From Arenicellales bacterium (lineage in GTDB: Bacteria > Pseudomonadota > Gammaproteobacteria > Arenicellales > JAJDZL01), in the NCBI GenBank assembly GCA_951813075.1, contig OX638343.1:1688739-1752738 (forward strand): a stretch of 64,000 bases of DNA, written 5' to 3'. The notes beneath the pieces are model-generated. The model was not told the origin of the DNA and made no database searches. It saw only the letters and a list, made by a program, of their open reading frames with translations. Numbering within the stretch: the stretch's first letter is position 1; each line of letters begins with the position of its first letter. Below, one piece after another: positions 1 through 11,651 of this stretch. The translations under genes were made by a program, and so were the position numbers.

Positions 1-49
1 CCGCAACAAATTTTTAATCTGATCATCCTCATATCACGGTGACAACCTA

Positions 50-1582
50 ATGCGGACATCTCCAAATATTTTGATATTGATGGCGGACCAGCTGGCGCCG
101 CACTTTACCGGTACGTATGGCCATGAGCTGGTGAAAACGCCGAACATCGACAAGCTTGCGGAATCAGGATGTGTTTTTAATACCGCCTACACCCCCTCAC
201 CTCTATGTGCGCCGGCGAGATTCTCGTTCATGTCCGGTCAACTGCCGTTTGAAATCCAGGCGTACGACAACGCTGCGGAGTTTTCTTCAACAATTCCCAC
301 ATTTTGTCATTACCTTCGACAGATCGGATATCAATCCTGTCTTTCGGGGAAAATGCACTTTATCGGTCCCGATCAATTACACGGATTTTCCCAGCGCCTG
401 ACAACGGATATTTATCCGGCAGACTATTCCTTCACACCAAATTGGCTCAAACCTGAAGAGCGAATCGATGTCTGGTATCACAACATGAGTAGTGTTCACG
501 AAGCCGGTAGTGCGGAGATAACCTATCAACTTGAATACGACGATGAGGTGGGATTTCACGCGATCAGGAAATTGTTTGATTATGCCCGCGAACCTGAACA
601 GCGACCGTTTGTCATGGTTTCATCCTTCACACATCCGCACGATCCCTACGTCGCGCGTAAAAAGTACTGGGACTTGTATGATCACGACAAAATTGACTTA
701 CCGTTGCTGTCGACTAACAATGTCAACACAGATCCCCACAGCATGCGAATCATTTGTGGCATCCAGGCTGATGTGCATCCTGCAGACGAACAGTCTATGC
801 GCAATGCCCGTCACGCGTACTATGCCAACGTCTCTTACTTTGACGATCACGTAGGAAAATTCATTGATGCGCTGACAAGCACCGGTCTGATTGAAAACAC
901 AATCGTGCTTGTAACCGCAGACCACGGTGATATGTTGGGTGAAAGAGGACTTTGGTACAAAATGCACTTTTTTGAACAGGCGGCGAGAATACCGTTGATT
1001 GCAGCAGGTCCCGGAATCATACAATCTGAAATCGACAGTGCATGTTCGCTGGTCGATCTCCTACCCACACTGGTTGACATCGCTACCGAGGGTAAGGGTG
1101 TATCTCCTGCTAGTCACGCTTCGTTTGATGGTGCCAGTCTGTATCCATTGATGACCGAACATGGAGCCCGAGGCGAAGATTGTGCCATATCCCACTACGC
1201 TGCAGAGTGTGCTATCGAGCCGATGGTCATGATGCGCAAGGGCAACCTTAAGTTCATATTCAGTGAATCAGAAACTCCAATGCTGTTCAACTTGGATGAT
1301 GACCCACAAGAACTCGTTAACCTGGCTGAAAACGAGGCGTATCGAGATACGGTCGAATCCTTCACACGACAGATTAAGAATAAGTGGAACTTGAAGGAGA
1401 TTCGGGAGAGTGTAATCGCCAGTCAACAATCGCGTTTGCTGATTCAAGACATCGTGAACAAGACTCGAACAAATACATGGGATTTCCAACCGTTCCGAAG
1501 TGCCACAGACGATTACATCCGCGCTCACAAAGAACTTGATGACATCGGGGAGAAAAGCAGATACCCCAGATTCGCGCAATGA
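50..1582 (+). CDS. betC: Choline-sulfatase
   Basis: PNILILMADQL start, sulfatase CxPxR motif (SPLCAPARFS), GKMHFIGPDQLHG, RLTTDIYPAD, WYHNMSSV and SFTHPHDPY, all typical of BetC. Confidence 0.9.
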   Translation: MRTSPNILILMADQLAPHFTGTYGHELVKTPNIDKLAESGCVFNTAYTPSPLCAPARFSFMSGQLPFEIQAYDNAAEFSSTIPTFCHYLRQIGYQSCLSGKMHFIGPDQLHGFSQRLTTDIYPADYSFTPNWLKPEERIDVWYHNMSSVHEAGSAEITYQLEYDDEVGFHAIRKLFDYAREPEQRPFVMVSSFTHPHDPYVARKKYWDLYDHDKIDLPLLSTNNVNTDPHSMRIICGIQADVHPADEQSMRNARHAYYANVSYFDDHVGKFIDALTSTGLIENTIVLVTADHGDMLGERGLWYKMHFFEQAARIPLIAAGPGIIQSEIDSACSLVDLLPTLVDIATEGKGVSPASHASFDGASLYPLMTEHGARGEDCAISHYAAECAIEPMVMMRKGNLKFIFSESETPMLFNLDDDPQELVNLAENEAYRDTVESFTRQIKNKWNLKEIRESVIASQQSRLLIQDIVNKTRTNTWDFQPFRSATDDYIRAHKELDDIGEKSRYPRFAQ

Positions 1583-1602
1583 TATACAAGTAATAAATTT
1601 CT

Positions 1603-2364
1603 ATGACTTCCAAAGGTATTGAAAAAACGATTTTAATTACCGGCGGTAGCAGAGGCATTGGAGCGGCAACTGCAATGCTAGCTGCTCGACACGACTACAC
1701 TGTTGCCATCAACTACATAGAACGAGAGGATGCAGCGCAGCAAGTCGTCAACCGAATTGAGAAGTCAGGCGGAAAAGCTCTCGCACTGCAGTGTGACGTT
1801 TCGCAGGAAGAGCAAGTGGTCGACATGTTCAAGAAACTGGACGCTTCTGCTGGCCCGATCGCAGCGCTCGTCAATAGCGCTGGGGTTCTTGCCCCTTTGA
1901 CCCGCGTGGAAAATTTAGATGCATCACGGATCAGGCGTATTTTTGATGTCAATGTTATCGGGAGCTTCCTATGTGCCCGTGAAGCCATCCGAAGAATGTC
2001 CGCGAACCACGGTGGATTTGGCGGGGCAATCGTCAACATTACATCTGGGGCAGCGAGAATCGGAGCAGCCAATGACTATGTTGACTATGCGGCTTCAAAA
2101 GCTGCAATTGATACTTTTACTATCGGTCTCGCGAAGGAAGTAGCCAGTGAAAACATCAGGGTCAATGCTGTACGCGCAGGGTTTATCGACACCGACATGC
2201 ATGAGAGTGTGGGTGGTCCAAAAAGATTTGAACAACTCAAGCACACGATCCCCTTGGCTCGGGTGGGTCGCCCCGAAGAAGTCGCTGAAGGCATAATATG
2301 GCTTCTTTCCGAGAACGCATCATATTGCACCGGCACCATATTGGACGTCACGGGAGGCCGTTGA
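1603..2364 (+). CDS. SDR family oxidoreductase
   Basis: TGGSRGIG Rossmann motif, YAASK catalytic motif, C-terminal DVTGGR. Confidence 0.92.
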   Translation: MTSKGIEKTILITGGSRGIGAATAMLAARHDYTVAINYIEREDAAQQVVNRIEKSGGKALALQCDVSQEEQVVDMFKKLDASAGPIAALVNSAGVLAPLTRVENLDASRIRRIFDVNVIGSFLCAREAIRRMSANHGGFGGAIVNITSGAARIGAANDYVDYAASKAAIDTFTIGLAKEVASENIRVNAVRAGFIDTDMHESVGGPKRFEQLKHTIPLARVGRPEEVAEGIIWLLSENASYCTGTILDVTGGR

Positions 2365-2984
2365 AATTACATGGTGGGAATTTCAAAAAGGAATAAAACA
2401 GAATCGTTACAAGCGATAAATCCAATGTAACCGACTGTCTGGCCCTCTAATCAGGTCGGTGAACCTCAGCCGTTTTCGATACAAACCGCTTTTGAGCAGT
2501 CGATCTGCACCATGGTGTCCAAATCCTCGACATTCTGTCTGGCACCGAACTCGTCTACATTATTTTTGGTACTTTGAATTCATCTTGTTGTACGCACCAA
2601 AGTATCCGCGCTTCAAGCAATACCAGATCCACTCGGTACCGTTGATTTAAGCGTTTCCGTGCACATACATCTTTGGCTGCGTGTCTGCCCGTCCTGGCCT
2701 GTCGCGTTCCTTGATTTCAACTACCGCGTTTTTACCCACGATTCTACGGCCAGAATTGAGATTGTCCAGGGTAGATATCCGCCCGATTAATCGCATGTTC
2801 GCTGCGATGATTGATTGACCCTTGCGGAAGCGGCTGCTGACAAACAAACGATACGCCAACATCACGAATTCAACAAGCTCGATTTCCATGGCTTGTTAGT
2901 CGGTGAATGCAAACTAGTGCAACGCCTATTCGCTGGTCCGCGGGATATGACAGTCCCGGTTCAACAGTTCGTACCTCAAGAATG

Positions 2985-3070
2985 TTGACATAAATTCGAA
3001 TTTATGAAATATTTTGTTACTTTTGTTGTAATATTGCAGTAATATTGTTGCAATATATTAATATGTTGCA
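2985..3070 (+). promoter_or_regulatory. Putative promoter/operator region of the TPP-ABC-hisD operon
   Basis: TTGACA at 2985-2990 overlaps a perfect 18-bp palindrome CATAAATTCGAATTTATG (2989-3006); near-perfect palindrome TGCAATATATTAATATGTTGCA at 3049-3070; AT-rich. Confidence 0.5.
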
Positions 3071-3135
3071 TTATCATGAGTTCGATTAAGGACTTTTAAT
3101 TCATCTAGCGAGGGTAAATTCTCAGCGAGGGTAAT

Positions 3136-4950
3136 ATGTCATTAACCGTAAGCCAACTAATAATTAGTGCACTAAAACAATATGGTACGCCGTTTGTGAC
3201 CGGTCTGCCGGGACATGGCAACTGGAGTTTTTTGGACGCGCTTGCCGCACCTGACTCAGGTGTTGAGTTTATTCAGGTTTTGCATGAACAAAGCGCCGCA
3301 CACATAGCGGATGCATATTTCAGGGTTACCGGTCAACCTATATGCGCCGCAACATCAATTGGCCCCGGTGCCACTAATACTGTAATTGGCCTGGCTACGG
3401 CAGCCTGTGATTCTTCAGCATTCATGTTGATTACCGGTTCGGCGGCCACGCATATGCGCGGACATGGTGTGATGCAGGAACTAGACCGTTTTAACTCACC
3501 TGATTTCCCACACGTTACAAAAGCCGTCACCAAGCGCAATTACGACTTGATCAATGCCGACATGGCACCTTTCATCATGCATCGTGCATTTAACGCCATG
3601 CTTACCGGTCGACCTGGTCCCGTTCACATTGATGTGCCGCTTGACGTTCAAGTCATGGAAACTGACTTACCGATTCAAGATCTCAACAAAAGAATACCTG
3701 TCGGTAAACCTCGCGCCGATGAAGATGCAATCAATGCGGCGATTGAATTGCTGTTATCAGCAAAGCGCCCTTGCATGGTTGTAGGAGGTGGCGCGGTCTG
3801 CGCTGACGCAGCACCTGAAGTCGCCAGTCTTGCCGAGAAACTCAATATTCCGGTTGTGTTCACGTGGAACGGCAAAGGTGCAATCGCCGAAGATAATCCA
3901 CTTTGTGCTGGAACGGTCGGGTGGCCAGGCTCCTTAGCAGGCAACAATACATCGGCAAATGCAGATGTACTGCTTTCCTTGGGGTGTCGTTTTACCGACT
4001 GGTCAGCATCGTCCTATCGCAAGGGGTCTGCCTACTCGATCCCGCCGGGCAAGCTGATTCACATTGATATCGACCCGCATGAAATCGGGAAAAACTACCA
4101 GACCGAGTGCGGAATTACAGGTGACATCAAGGCGGTTCTTGGTGACATTCTAGCAGGAATTTCAAAACAACAAGCCCAACGCACCTCAAAAGCTCGAGAA
4201 AGCTATCTTGATGGAATTCAAGGTTTGAAGTCGCAGTGGGAAGATATCCTGGAACGTCGTCGTTCAGTTGATACTATTCCAACCACAATGCTGCGGGTTC
4301 TTCGGTCACTGCGTAGTGTTTTACCGCGCAATGGCATCGTTACGGTTGGTTCAGGGCATCCTCAGTCCTCAACGAAACAAGCGTTTCCTGTTTATGAACC
4401 AAGAACGCATATTACTTCTGGAAGCTACTCATCAATGGGTTTTGCCGTACCTGCGGCAATTGCTGCCAAGTTGGGCAAACCCGATACGCCGGTTGTTTGC
4501 ATTATCGGTGACGGCGACATGATGATGTCGATTCAGGAATTGGCGATGTGCATTATGTACAACTTGCCGATCGTCTTTCTGGTGTTGAACAACTCCGGTT
4601 ATATCTCCATTCGCGATGGGCAAGACGGACTAATCGGCCGCAATATCGGATCCGAATTCAACTACCACCGTGGCAATCAGAAACCGTATTCGATTGACTT
4701 CCCGGCAACAGCCCGATCATTTGGATTCGAATATGCGACCCGTATCAGCGAAACCTCGGAACTGGACGACGCCCTTAAACGCGCCTTGAGCTCGAATGCC
4801 CCGGCGTTGGTTGAAGTTCCGATCACGCGAGATGTCTCAATTGCCGCTGCTGAAGTTGTTGGCTGGTGGGATTTTCCGCTGCTGCCTCATGCACCAGAAG
4901 CGGTCAGGGCTGACTATGCCGAAGGATTGGCTGCCGAACAGCATCGATAA
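3136..4950 (+). CDS. Thiamine pyrophosphate-dependent enzyme (acetolactate synthase/IolD-like superfamily)
   Basis: HEQSAAHIAD catalytic Glu, TSIGPGATN, GDGD...LNN TPP-binding motif; N-terminal PGHGN resembles IolD. Confidence 0.88.
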   Translation: MSLTVSQLIISALKQYGTPFVTGLPGHGNWSFLDALAAPDSGVEFIQVLHEQSAAHIADAYFRVTGQPICAATSIGPGATNTVIGLATAACDSSAFMLITGSAATHMRGHGVMQELDRFNSPDFPHVTKAVTKRNYDLINADMAPFIMHRAFNAMLTGRPGPVHIDVPLDVQVMETDLPIQDLNKRIPVGKPRADEDAINAAIELLLSAKRPCMVVGGGAVCADAAPEVASLAEKLNIPVVFTWNGKGAIAEDNPLCAGTVGWPGSLAGNNTSANADVLLSLGCRFTDWSASSYRKGSAYSIPPGKLIHIDIDPHEIGKNYQTECGITGDIKAVLGDILAGISKQQAQRTSKARESYLDGIQGLKSQWEDILERRRSVDTIPTTMLRVLRSLRSVLPRNGIVTVGSGHPQSSTKQAFPVYEPRTHITSGSYSSMGFAVPAAIAAKLGKPDTPVVCIIGDGDMMMSIQELAMCIMYNLPIVFLVLNNSGYISIRDGQDGLIGRNIGSEFNYHRGNQKPYSIDFPATARSFGFEYATRISETSELDDALKRALSSNAPALVEVPITRDVSIAAAEVVGWWDFPLLPHAPEAVRADYAEGLAAEQHR

Positions 4951-5016
4951 GACCGCTGGATCATTTTTTCTTGACTCTACTTATTTCACATTTGTAAACA
5001 TACAGGAGCATTAACT

Positions 5017-6174
5017 ATGAAACTATCTAAGCTATTCTCTATAACTTGCATTAAGGTATTTTTCCTTTGCGGAGCATTGGCTTTTAGCGCTGGAACCCAT
5101 GCCGATTCTGCAAGCTATACCGGTCAGTCCAGGACTTTCTTATGGAATCCCGATTTCAACGATATTGTTGATACATCGCAATACAAGAAAGATCCGCCGT
5201 ATGTTGTCGGCTTTTCGAATGCCGGCGTAGCAGACGGCTGGCTGGTAACGTTCAAGCACGGTGTTGAATGGGCCGCCGCGGAAAATCGGGAACGAATCGA
5301 GAAGTTCATCATCACTGACGCAAACTGGGATGCGGACAAACAGATTCGGGACATTCAGGACCTGCTCAATCAGGATATCGATATTTTGCTGGTCAATCCA
5401 GTAACACTTGAAGCCCTGGACCCGGTATTGCGCCGTACAATGCGATCCGATGTCCCGGTGGTGTCGGTGGTTCGGAGGGTAAAAAGTGACGAGGCGTTCG
5501 TTTCATTTGTAACAGCATCTGATACTGCATTGGCAAGACTGAGTGCCCAGTGGATGGTCGAAACCCTCGGAGGTTCCGGAAAAATCGTGCTTTTACCAGG
5601 TCAAGCTGGTGCCAGTCCTGCGGAATTTCGTTTAAGAGCCGCCAAAGAAGTGTTTGGACAGTATCCAGACATTGAAATTCTGAGTGTGCAATACACCGAC
5701 TGGAGTCCGGCCAAAGGCAAGGAAGTCATGGCCACGCTGATACAAGCTCATGGTGGAGAAATTGATGGCGTTTGGGCTGATTCAGGTTTGCAAGGTTCCG
5801 GGTCTGTAGAAGCTTTCATCAATGCTGGAGTTTCAGGAAAAGACATTCCCCCGCATACCGGAGGGGACTTGAACTATATGTACCAGCTCGCCCACGAGCA
5901 TGGATTTCCATTTTGTGGAATTGACTATACCGCAGCGATTGGAATCGACGGTGTCAGAATTGCACTGGACGTACTCGAAGGCGAACAAGTGCCCACGCGA
6001 TTCGATCTGAATTTCCAGGTCGTGATTCCGGAAGGACACGAAACCACGTCAATCAAAGCAGATGTTTGGCTCAGAGACTATGTCAGGCTTGACAAGCCCG
6101 GAGAGTTGATCATGGGACATGGTCTCGGCGAAGATTACGACCCGCAAACGTTCACAGCAAACTACCCACGTTAA
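5017..6174 (+). CDS. Sugar ABC transporter substrate-binding protein
   Basis: Signal peptide; PPYVVGFSNAG and KQIRDIQDLL, typical of periplasmic binding protein class I; lies upstream of ATPase and permeases. Confidence 0.88.
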   Translation: MKLSKLFSITCIKVFFLCGALAFSAGTHADSASYTGQSRTFLWNPDFNDIVDTSQYKKDPPYVVGFSNAGVADGWLVTFKHGVEWAAAENRERIEKFIITDANWDADKQIRDIQDLLNQDIDILLVNPVTLEALDPVLRRTMRSDVPVVSVVRRVKSDEAFVSFVTASDTALARLSAQWMVETLGGSGKIVLLPGQAGASPAEFRLRAAKEVFGQYPDIEILSVQYTDWSPAKGKEVMATLIQAHGGEIDGVWADSGLQGSGSVEAFINAGVSGKDIPPHTGGDLNYMYQLAHEHGFPFCGIDYTAAIGIDGVRIALDVLEGEQVPTRFDLNFQVVIPEGHETTSIKADVWLRDYVRLDKPGELIMGHGLGEDYDPQTFTANYPR

Positions 6175-6282
6175 ATCATTGTCCAGGTTCGACTGATAAA
6201 AGCAATTGATCAATCTCGGTTGCTTTTATCGGTCGGCTTGGTGGTAGTCAAAGATAACTCGACAAAATCTGGGCTGTCTTTC

Positions 6283-7764
6283 ATGAACGTCGATGTAGTC
6301 GCAGTTTCCAAGCAATTTCCTGGCACACTTGCGCTCGACAGTGTGAGCATGTCAATTCGCGCTGGAGAAATTCATGCCCTGATCGGTGAGAACGGTGCCG
6401 GAAAATCAACTTTGATTAAAGTGATCGGTGGTGCTATCACACCTGATTCCGGACATGTATCAATTGATGGCGTTCATCAGAACTTCGCCACACCTCGCCA
6501 TGCGCTCAAAGCCGGAATTCATATCATCCACCAGGAGTTGATGATGTTCCCGCAGTTGTCTGTGGCAGAAAATATCTTTCTGGGCAATGAACCTCAACTG
6601 AAAATCGTTCGACGCAAGCAATGGGAAGAAAAAGCCCTGTCGCTACTGGAGTCTCTAGGTCATCCTGTGAATCCTCGAACGCTGGTTGAAAATCTTTCTG
6701 TTGCTGATCAACAAATGATTGAAATTGCGCGCGCATTGTCTCAGGAGGCGCAGGTCTTGATTCTGGATGAACCCACATCAGTCATTGCCGGTGACGAAGT
6801 GGAGATGCTGCTGAACAGGTGTCGAGAGTTGCGTGATTCAAACGTTGCGATTCTTTATATCTCCCATCGTCTGGAGGAAATTTTCGAAATTTCGGACAAA
6901 ATCACTGTATTGAAAGACGGCAAACACGTGGTCACCCGCCCCACTAGAGAACTGAATCAGTATTCTCTGACCGAATTGATGGTTGGACGCCCTGTCAAGG
7001 ACAGGTTTCCCCCTAAACGAGAATTTGGTGAACCGGATCGAGTCATTCTTGAAGTTCGAAATTTGGTTAGCCCACCACATGTATTGGACGGCAATTTCGA
7101 ATTGAAAGAAGGCGAAATTCTAGGGCTTGGAGGCTTGGTCGGTGCTGGCCGATCTGAATTGGCGGAAGCCGTATTTGGAGCGAGAAAGGTTAAGTCAGGA
7201 ACAGTCAAGTTGTATGGAAATGAGGTCACTGGAAGTTTGCCGATTGAAATGATCAAACGCGGTGTAGGCTTCGTTTCCGAAGACCGGCAAACAACAGGGC
7301 TGCTGAAGTTACTTGATATTGCGTCTAACATTACTGTGGCAACTCTGGAACAGTTCTGCAAACGAAATCTAATTGATCGACACAAGGAACGAACAGTGGC
7401 ACGCGAGGAAATTGAGCGGTTTTCCATTGCAGCGCCCGGACCTGAAGCGCCGGTTGCCACGTTATCCGGCGGTAATCAGCAAAAAACTCTGCTAAGTCGA
7501 TGGTCGCGAGTCGCCAAACTTGTACTCATTCTCGATGAGCCTACAAGAGGTGTCGATGTCGGTGCGAAAACAGAAATTTATCGCATTATCTACTCGCTCG
7601 CTAACGCAGGAGTATCAATTCTCCTGATCAGTTCTGAGATGACAGAACTGATCGCGATCGCCGACCGCGTGGCAGTCATGCGGGAAGGTCGAATCACTGG
7701 CTTATTGGAGCGTGATCAGGTCAGTGAAAACTCAATCTTGCGCCTCGCAATGGGAACTCGTTAA
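6283..7764 (+). CDS. Sugar ABC transporter ATP-binding protein (two ABC domains)
   Basis: GENGAGKST, LILDEPT, LSGGNQQK, DEPTRGVDVGAK; ATG at 6283 preferred over TTG 6220. Confidence 0.93.
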   Translation: MNVDVVAVSKQFPGTLALDSVSMSIRAGEIHALIGENGAGKSTLIKVIGGAITPDSGHVSIDGVHQNFATPRHALKAGIHIIHQELMMFPQLSVAENIFLGNEPQLKIVRRKQWEEKALSLLESLGHPVNPRTLVENLSVADQQMIEIARALSQEAQVLILDEPTSVIAGDEVEMLLNRCRELRDSNVAILYISHRLEEIFEISDKITVLKDGKHVVTRPTRELNQYSLTELMVGRPVKDRFPPKREFGEPDRVILEVRNLVSPPHVLDGNFELKEGEILGLGGLVGAGRSELAEAVFGARKVKSGTVKLYGNEVTGSLPIEMIKRGVGFVSEDRQTTGLLKLLDIASNITVATLEQFCKRNLIDRHKERTVAREEIERFSIAAPGPEAPVATLSGGNQQKTLLSRWSRVAKLVLILDEPTRGVDVGAKTEIYRIIYSLANAGVSILLISSEMTELIAIADRVAVMREGRITGLLERDQVSENSILRLAMGTR

Positions 7765-7766
7765 AA

Positions 7767-8732
7767 ATGAAAGCGGTAGTCGTGAATTTTCAAAGACTAG
7801 GTCGAGCCCGTCAGTGGAATATCTCAACTATCGTGTTGACTGTAATGATCGCACTCACGATATTGATCGGTACTCTCGTCAATTCACACTTTGCAAGCTG
7901 GGGTAATCTGTCCAATATTCTGGAACAGGCAGCGGGACTCGGTTTTGCCAGTATTGGACAGACTTTGACCATATTGACGGGTGGAATTGATCTATCGATC
8001 GGAATGATCATCAGTGCCAGTACAGTCTTTTTGGCTGCGACCGTGGATGGTCGCGACAGTTTAGTCTGGCCAATGGTCATTGCAACGTTGGCGATGGGCA
8101 CCTCGATCGGGATCATTAACGGCGTTGTAATCTCACGTCTGAAAGTTCATCCGCTGATCGTAACATTGGGGATGGCGGCGATACTGGAGGGTTGCATTTT
8201 GCTGTTCACGCTGAAACCCACCGGTTCAATACCATTTTGGTTCGAAGAATTTGCCTGGGGCCGATTAAATGGCATTCCAATTGCTGCGCTTTCGATGTTT
8301 GTTGCATTCATTGGCGTAGCGCTATTTTTATCACGTACCGGCCTGGGTCGGAGCCTGTATGCATATGGCGACAATATTGAAGCGGCGCGCTTGCGTGGAA
8401 TTCCAGTTAACCGGGTCTGCGTTTTCGTCTATGCAACGTCTGGTTTTTTCGCGGCACTTGCAGGGGTTTACTTTGTGAGTCGGACCGGTATCGGAGACCC
8501 CAGAATTGGAGTTCCTTTTACCTTGACATCGATTACACCAGTCATCGTCGGAGGTACATTGCTTTCAGGAGGCAAAGGTGGAGTCATTGGTACTTTATTT
8601 GGCGTGCTGTTGCTTTCTCTCATTGGTAATGTGCTCAACCACATGAACGTTTCGACGTCCATTCAGTGGGTCATTCAGGGGTTGATCATATTGGCTGCAG
8701 TCAGTTTCTACCTCCGCAAGGGTGACAAATGA
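7767..8732 (+). CDS. Sugar ABC transporter permease
   Basis: GGIDLS motif, multiple TM segments, GGTLLSGGKG. Confidence 0.92.
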   Translation: MKAVVVNFQRLGRARQWNISTIVLTVMIALTILIGTLVNSHFASWGNLSNILEQAAGLGFASIGQTLTILTGGIDLSIGMIISASTVFLAATVDGRDSLVWPMVIATLAMGTSIGIINGVVISRLKVHPLIVTLGMAAILEGCILLFTLKPTGSIPFWFEEFAWGRLNGIPIAALSMFVAFIGVALFLSRTGLGRSLYAYGDNIEAARLRGIPVNRVCVFVYATSGFFAALAGVYFVSRTGIGDPRIGVPFTLTSITPVIVGGTLLSGGKGGVIGTLFGVLLLSLIGNVLNHMNVSTSIQWVIQGLIILAAVSFYLRKGDK

Positions 8733-9730
8733 TCGGCAATACTCAAGGAAATAACGGGCATTCAACAGCTGTTGGATTTTCATCAGTGCTTGAACCACTG
8801 AAACTATTTTCGAAATATCGCGAATTCGGTCTTGTTATTTTTGCGTTGGTTCTGATAGTCGTTGCAACATCGATTCAACCCAGGTTTCTGAATCCAGTCA
8901 ATGTCCGTGATTTGCTTATTCAGGCAGCACCATTACTGATTGTCACACTGGGTCAAGCTTTTGTAATTTTGGTGCGAGGCCTGGACCTATCGGTTGCATC
9001 ATTGATGGCGACTGTTGCGGTATTGGCCACCGAATTCAACGCTGAATCAAATGCAATGATTTTGCCAATATTCCTGTTGGCTATCGTTTTTTCGGCTACT
9101 GTTGGATTGATCAACGGTTTGCTCGTCACCAAGCGGAGCGTATCTCCATTTTTGGTCACGCTGGCAATGATGATCATGCTTCAGGGGTTGCGATTTTTCA
9201 TTACCCAGGGTGCCCCGGGTGGTTCTTTACCATCGGGGTTCAGAGTCCTCGGTAACGGAACACTGATAGGCATACCCATTAATCTGCTGGTGGCGCTTGC
9301 GCTCGCTTATCTGTTGTATTTACTTTTGCATCGAAGCAAGTTCGGGCGCGGAGTGTTTATTGTCGGAGGAAACCCTCGATCGGCAGATCTAGTCGGAATT
9401 CGATCTGATCGAACAACGATCTGGTGTTACGTGATTTGCTCCGTATTGGCGGGGATCGGTGGTCTGTTTCTGGTCGGATTCGTCGGAACAGTCGACAACT
9501 GGGTCGGCCGGGGATACGAACTCGACTCAATAATTGCTGCGGTAATCGGTGGTGTGGTACTGAGCGGAGGGCGAGGGAGCATCCTGGGCGCCTTGCTCGG
9601 CGCATTTATTCTGGTTTTGGTCTTCAACGTCATCATCATTGTCGGACTGCCCGTTCAGGGTCAGTTGATAGTTAAAGGATTGGTAATCATCGGTGCTGCC
9701 GCACTCTATGCAAATTGGGTAAAAAATTAG
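8729..9730 (+). CDS. Sugar ABC transporter permease
   Basis: GLDLSV motif, YELDSIIAAVIGG, ATGA overlap with upstream permease. Confidence 0.92.
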   Translation: MIGNTQGNNGHSTAVGFSSVLEPLKLFSKYREFGLVIFALVLIVVATSIQPRFLNPVNVRDLLIQAAPLLIVTLGQAFVILVRGLDLSVASLMATVAVLATEFNAESNAMILPIFLLAIVFSATVGLINGLLVTKRSVSPFLVTLAMMIMLQGLRFFITQGAPGGSLPSGFRVLGNGTLIGIPINLLVALALAYLLYLLLHRSKFGRGVFIVGGNPRSADLVGIRSDRTTIWCYVICSVLAGIGGLFLVGFVGTVDNWVGRGYELDSIIAAVIGGVVLSGGRGSILGALLGAFILVLVFNVIIIVGLPVQGQLIVKGLVIIGAAALYANWVKN

Positions 9731-9835
9731 ACGTTTGACTGAGAACTTGCAAAGCCGTTTTAGATTCCAGCAAGACTGGCTTCGCACGAAATTGAACATT
9801 TTGAGTGATAAAACACGTAAAAAAAGGCACACGTT

Positions 9836-11137
9836 ATGGTAGAAATATTGAAAAAAGGACGATCGTTAGACTTGAAAGTCGAGGACCACAACAAGGTTCG
9901 CGACATTGTTGTCGGAATCATCGAAAGTATTGAGATGCGCGGTGAAGCGGCTGTTCGCGACTTAAGTAAAACATACGATAACTGGAATCCCGAGAGTTTT
10001 CGTTTATCGGATGCAGAAATTGAGAACTGCCTGAACAAACTGAAACCGCGAGAAATTGCGGATATCGCATTTGCTCAAGAGCAGGTTCGTCGATTCGCTG
10101 AGGTTCAGAAATCGGCATTGCGGGACGTTGAGATTGAAACCCTTCCGGGCGTTACTCTGGGGCACCGGAACATTCCGGTGAACAGTGTTGCTTGTTATGT
10201 ACCCGGCGGAAAGTTCCCATTGGTGGCGTCGGCACATATGGGTGTTGTAACTGCCAAGGTCGCAGGAGTCAAACGCGTCATTGCATTATCACCACCGTTT
10301 AACAATCAACCAAATCCAGCGGTGGTCGCTGCCATGCATATGGGCGGAGCTGATGAGATCTACTGTCTGGGCGGTGTGCAGGCAATCGCATCTGCCGCGA
10401 TCGGAACAGAATTCTGCGATCCAGTGGATTTTATCGTCGGACCGGGGAATGTATTTGTTGCCGAAGCCAAAAGACAGTTGTTCGGACGCGTCGGAGTCGA
10501 CTTGATTGCCGGACCGACGGAGACTCTGCTGATTACAGATGAAACCTGCGATCCTGAAATGGCCGCAACGGATCTTTTGGGTCAAGCGGAACATGGTTTC
10601 AATTCTCCGGCTGTCCTGATTACAACCAGCCGTGCGCTGGCGGAAGCGATACCTGCTGAAATTGAGCGTCAACTAGCTGTCTTGCCGACTGCAGAAATGG
10701 CTGGAAAATCCTGGAACGACTACGGCCAGATAATTCTGTGCGACACGGATGAAGAAATGGTTGAGGTGGCAGATAAATTTGCGTTCGAACATGTTCAGGT
10801 CCTGACTGAAAATCCGGATTATTTTCTCGAAAATATGACGAACTATGGTGCTCTGTTTCTAGGTCATGAAACTAATGTTGCCTACGGTGACAAGGTCATT
10901 GGCACCAATCATACCTTGCCGACCGGGTGCGCGGCTCGCTATACCGGGGGATTGTGGGTTGGAAAGTTCATCAAGACATGCACTTACCAGAAAGTCAAGC
11001 CCTTTGCCTCGTCGGCAATCGGTGAGGTTTGTTCTCGATTGTGTGAACTCGAAGGATTTTGGGGACATAAAGCGCAAGCAGATTTAAGGGTGAAACGATA
11101 TGGCGATTCAAGTGCAGACGTTTCGAAAGTACACTGA
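9836..11137 (+). CDS. Histidinol dehydrogenase homolog (likely catabolic paralog)
   Basis: [28 protein letters not shown] catalytic pair, GTNHTLPT; located in a sugar-uptake operon, not a his operon. Confidence 0.85.
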   Translation: MVEILKKGRSLDLKVEDHNKVRDIVVGIIESIEMRGEAAVRDLSKTYDNWNPESFRLSDAEIENCLNKLKPREIADIAFAQEQVRRFAEVQKSALRDVEIETLPGVTLGHRNIPVNSVACYVPGGKFPLVASAHMGVVTAKVAGVKRVIALSPPFNNQPNPAVVAAMHMGGADEIYCLGGVQAIASAAIGTEFCDPVDFIVGPGNVFVAEAKRQLFGRVGVDLIAGPTETLLITDETCDPEMAATDLLGQAEHGFNSPAVLITTSRALAEAIPAEIERQLAVLPTAEMAGKSWNDYGQIILCDTDEEMVEVADKFAFEHVQVLTENPDYFLENMTNYGALFLGHETNVAYGDKVIGTNHTLPTGCAARYTGGLWVGKFIKTCTYQKVKPFASSAIGEVCSRLCELEGFWGHKAQADLRVKRYGDSSADVSKVH

Positions 11138-11651
11138 AGCATGTTATTTTCGTTCATGGTAGTTTGATTCGACTTTTCTAACTGTCGATGCCTGGAAATT
11201 CTGAAATTACCATAAGTCGGACGTTTTACATTTGCACTCGTTTGGGTGTCGCACATGAACTGGGCGTTTTACGGTATTCTCGGTGTCCGGTCCTTTTATA
11301 TGCCACCCATCACTGGAGAACCGAGAGGTCAGGCAATCGCTTAGTAGCGGCTTCAGCGCCAAGTCGACATAGGTTCGCAATAAAGTCTGAGTCGAATTTG
11401 TTGGTAAGTCTGTGACTTGCCCAGTAAACTACAAATCGCGACAAGTAGGTTCAGTTTCAGTATAGAAATTGAACCACGGTCAACTGAAAAGCAATTATTA
11501 TTGATTGTTTGGTAATCTCGTCTGTAAATCTAGTATTCTGTCTTTTGACTTGGGTGAAATGTGAGAAAAAGGAACCGGAGCCATATAATTCGCATCGATT
11601 TTGACACGTTATCAGTGCGACCGACTGCTTCAATGTTTGTTGATTTTTACA

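Noticed and set aside
2600-2889. 80-aa minus ORF with GKNAVVEIKERDRPGR, reminiscent of a thermonuclease fragment
   Set aside because: Only one short motif; catalytic motifs not recognisable
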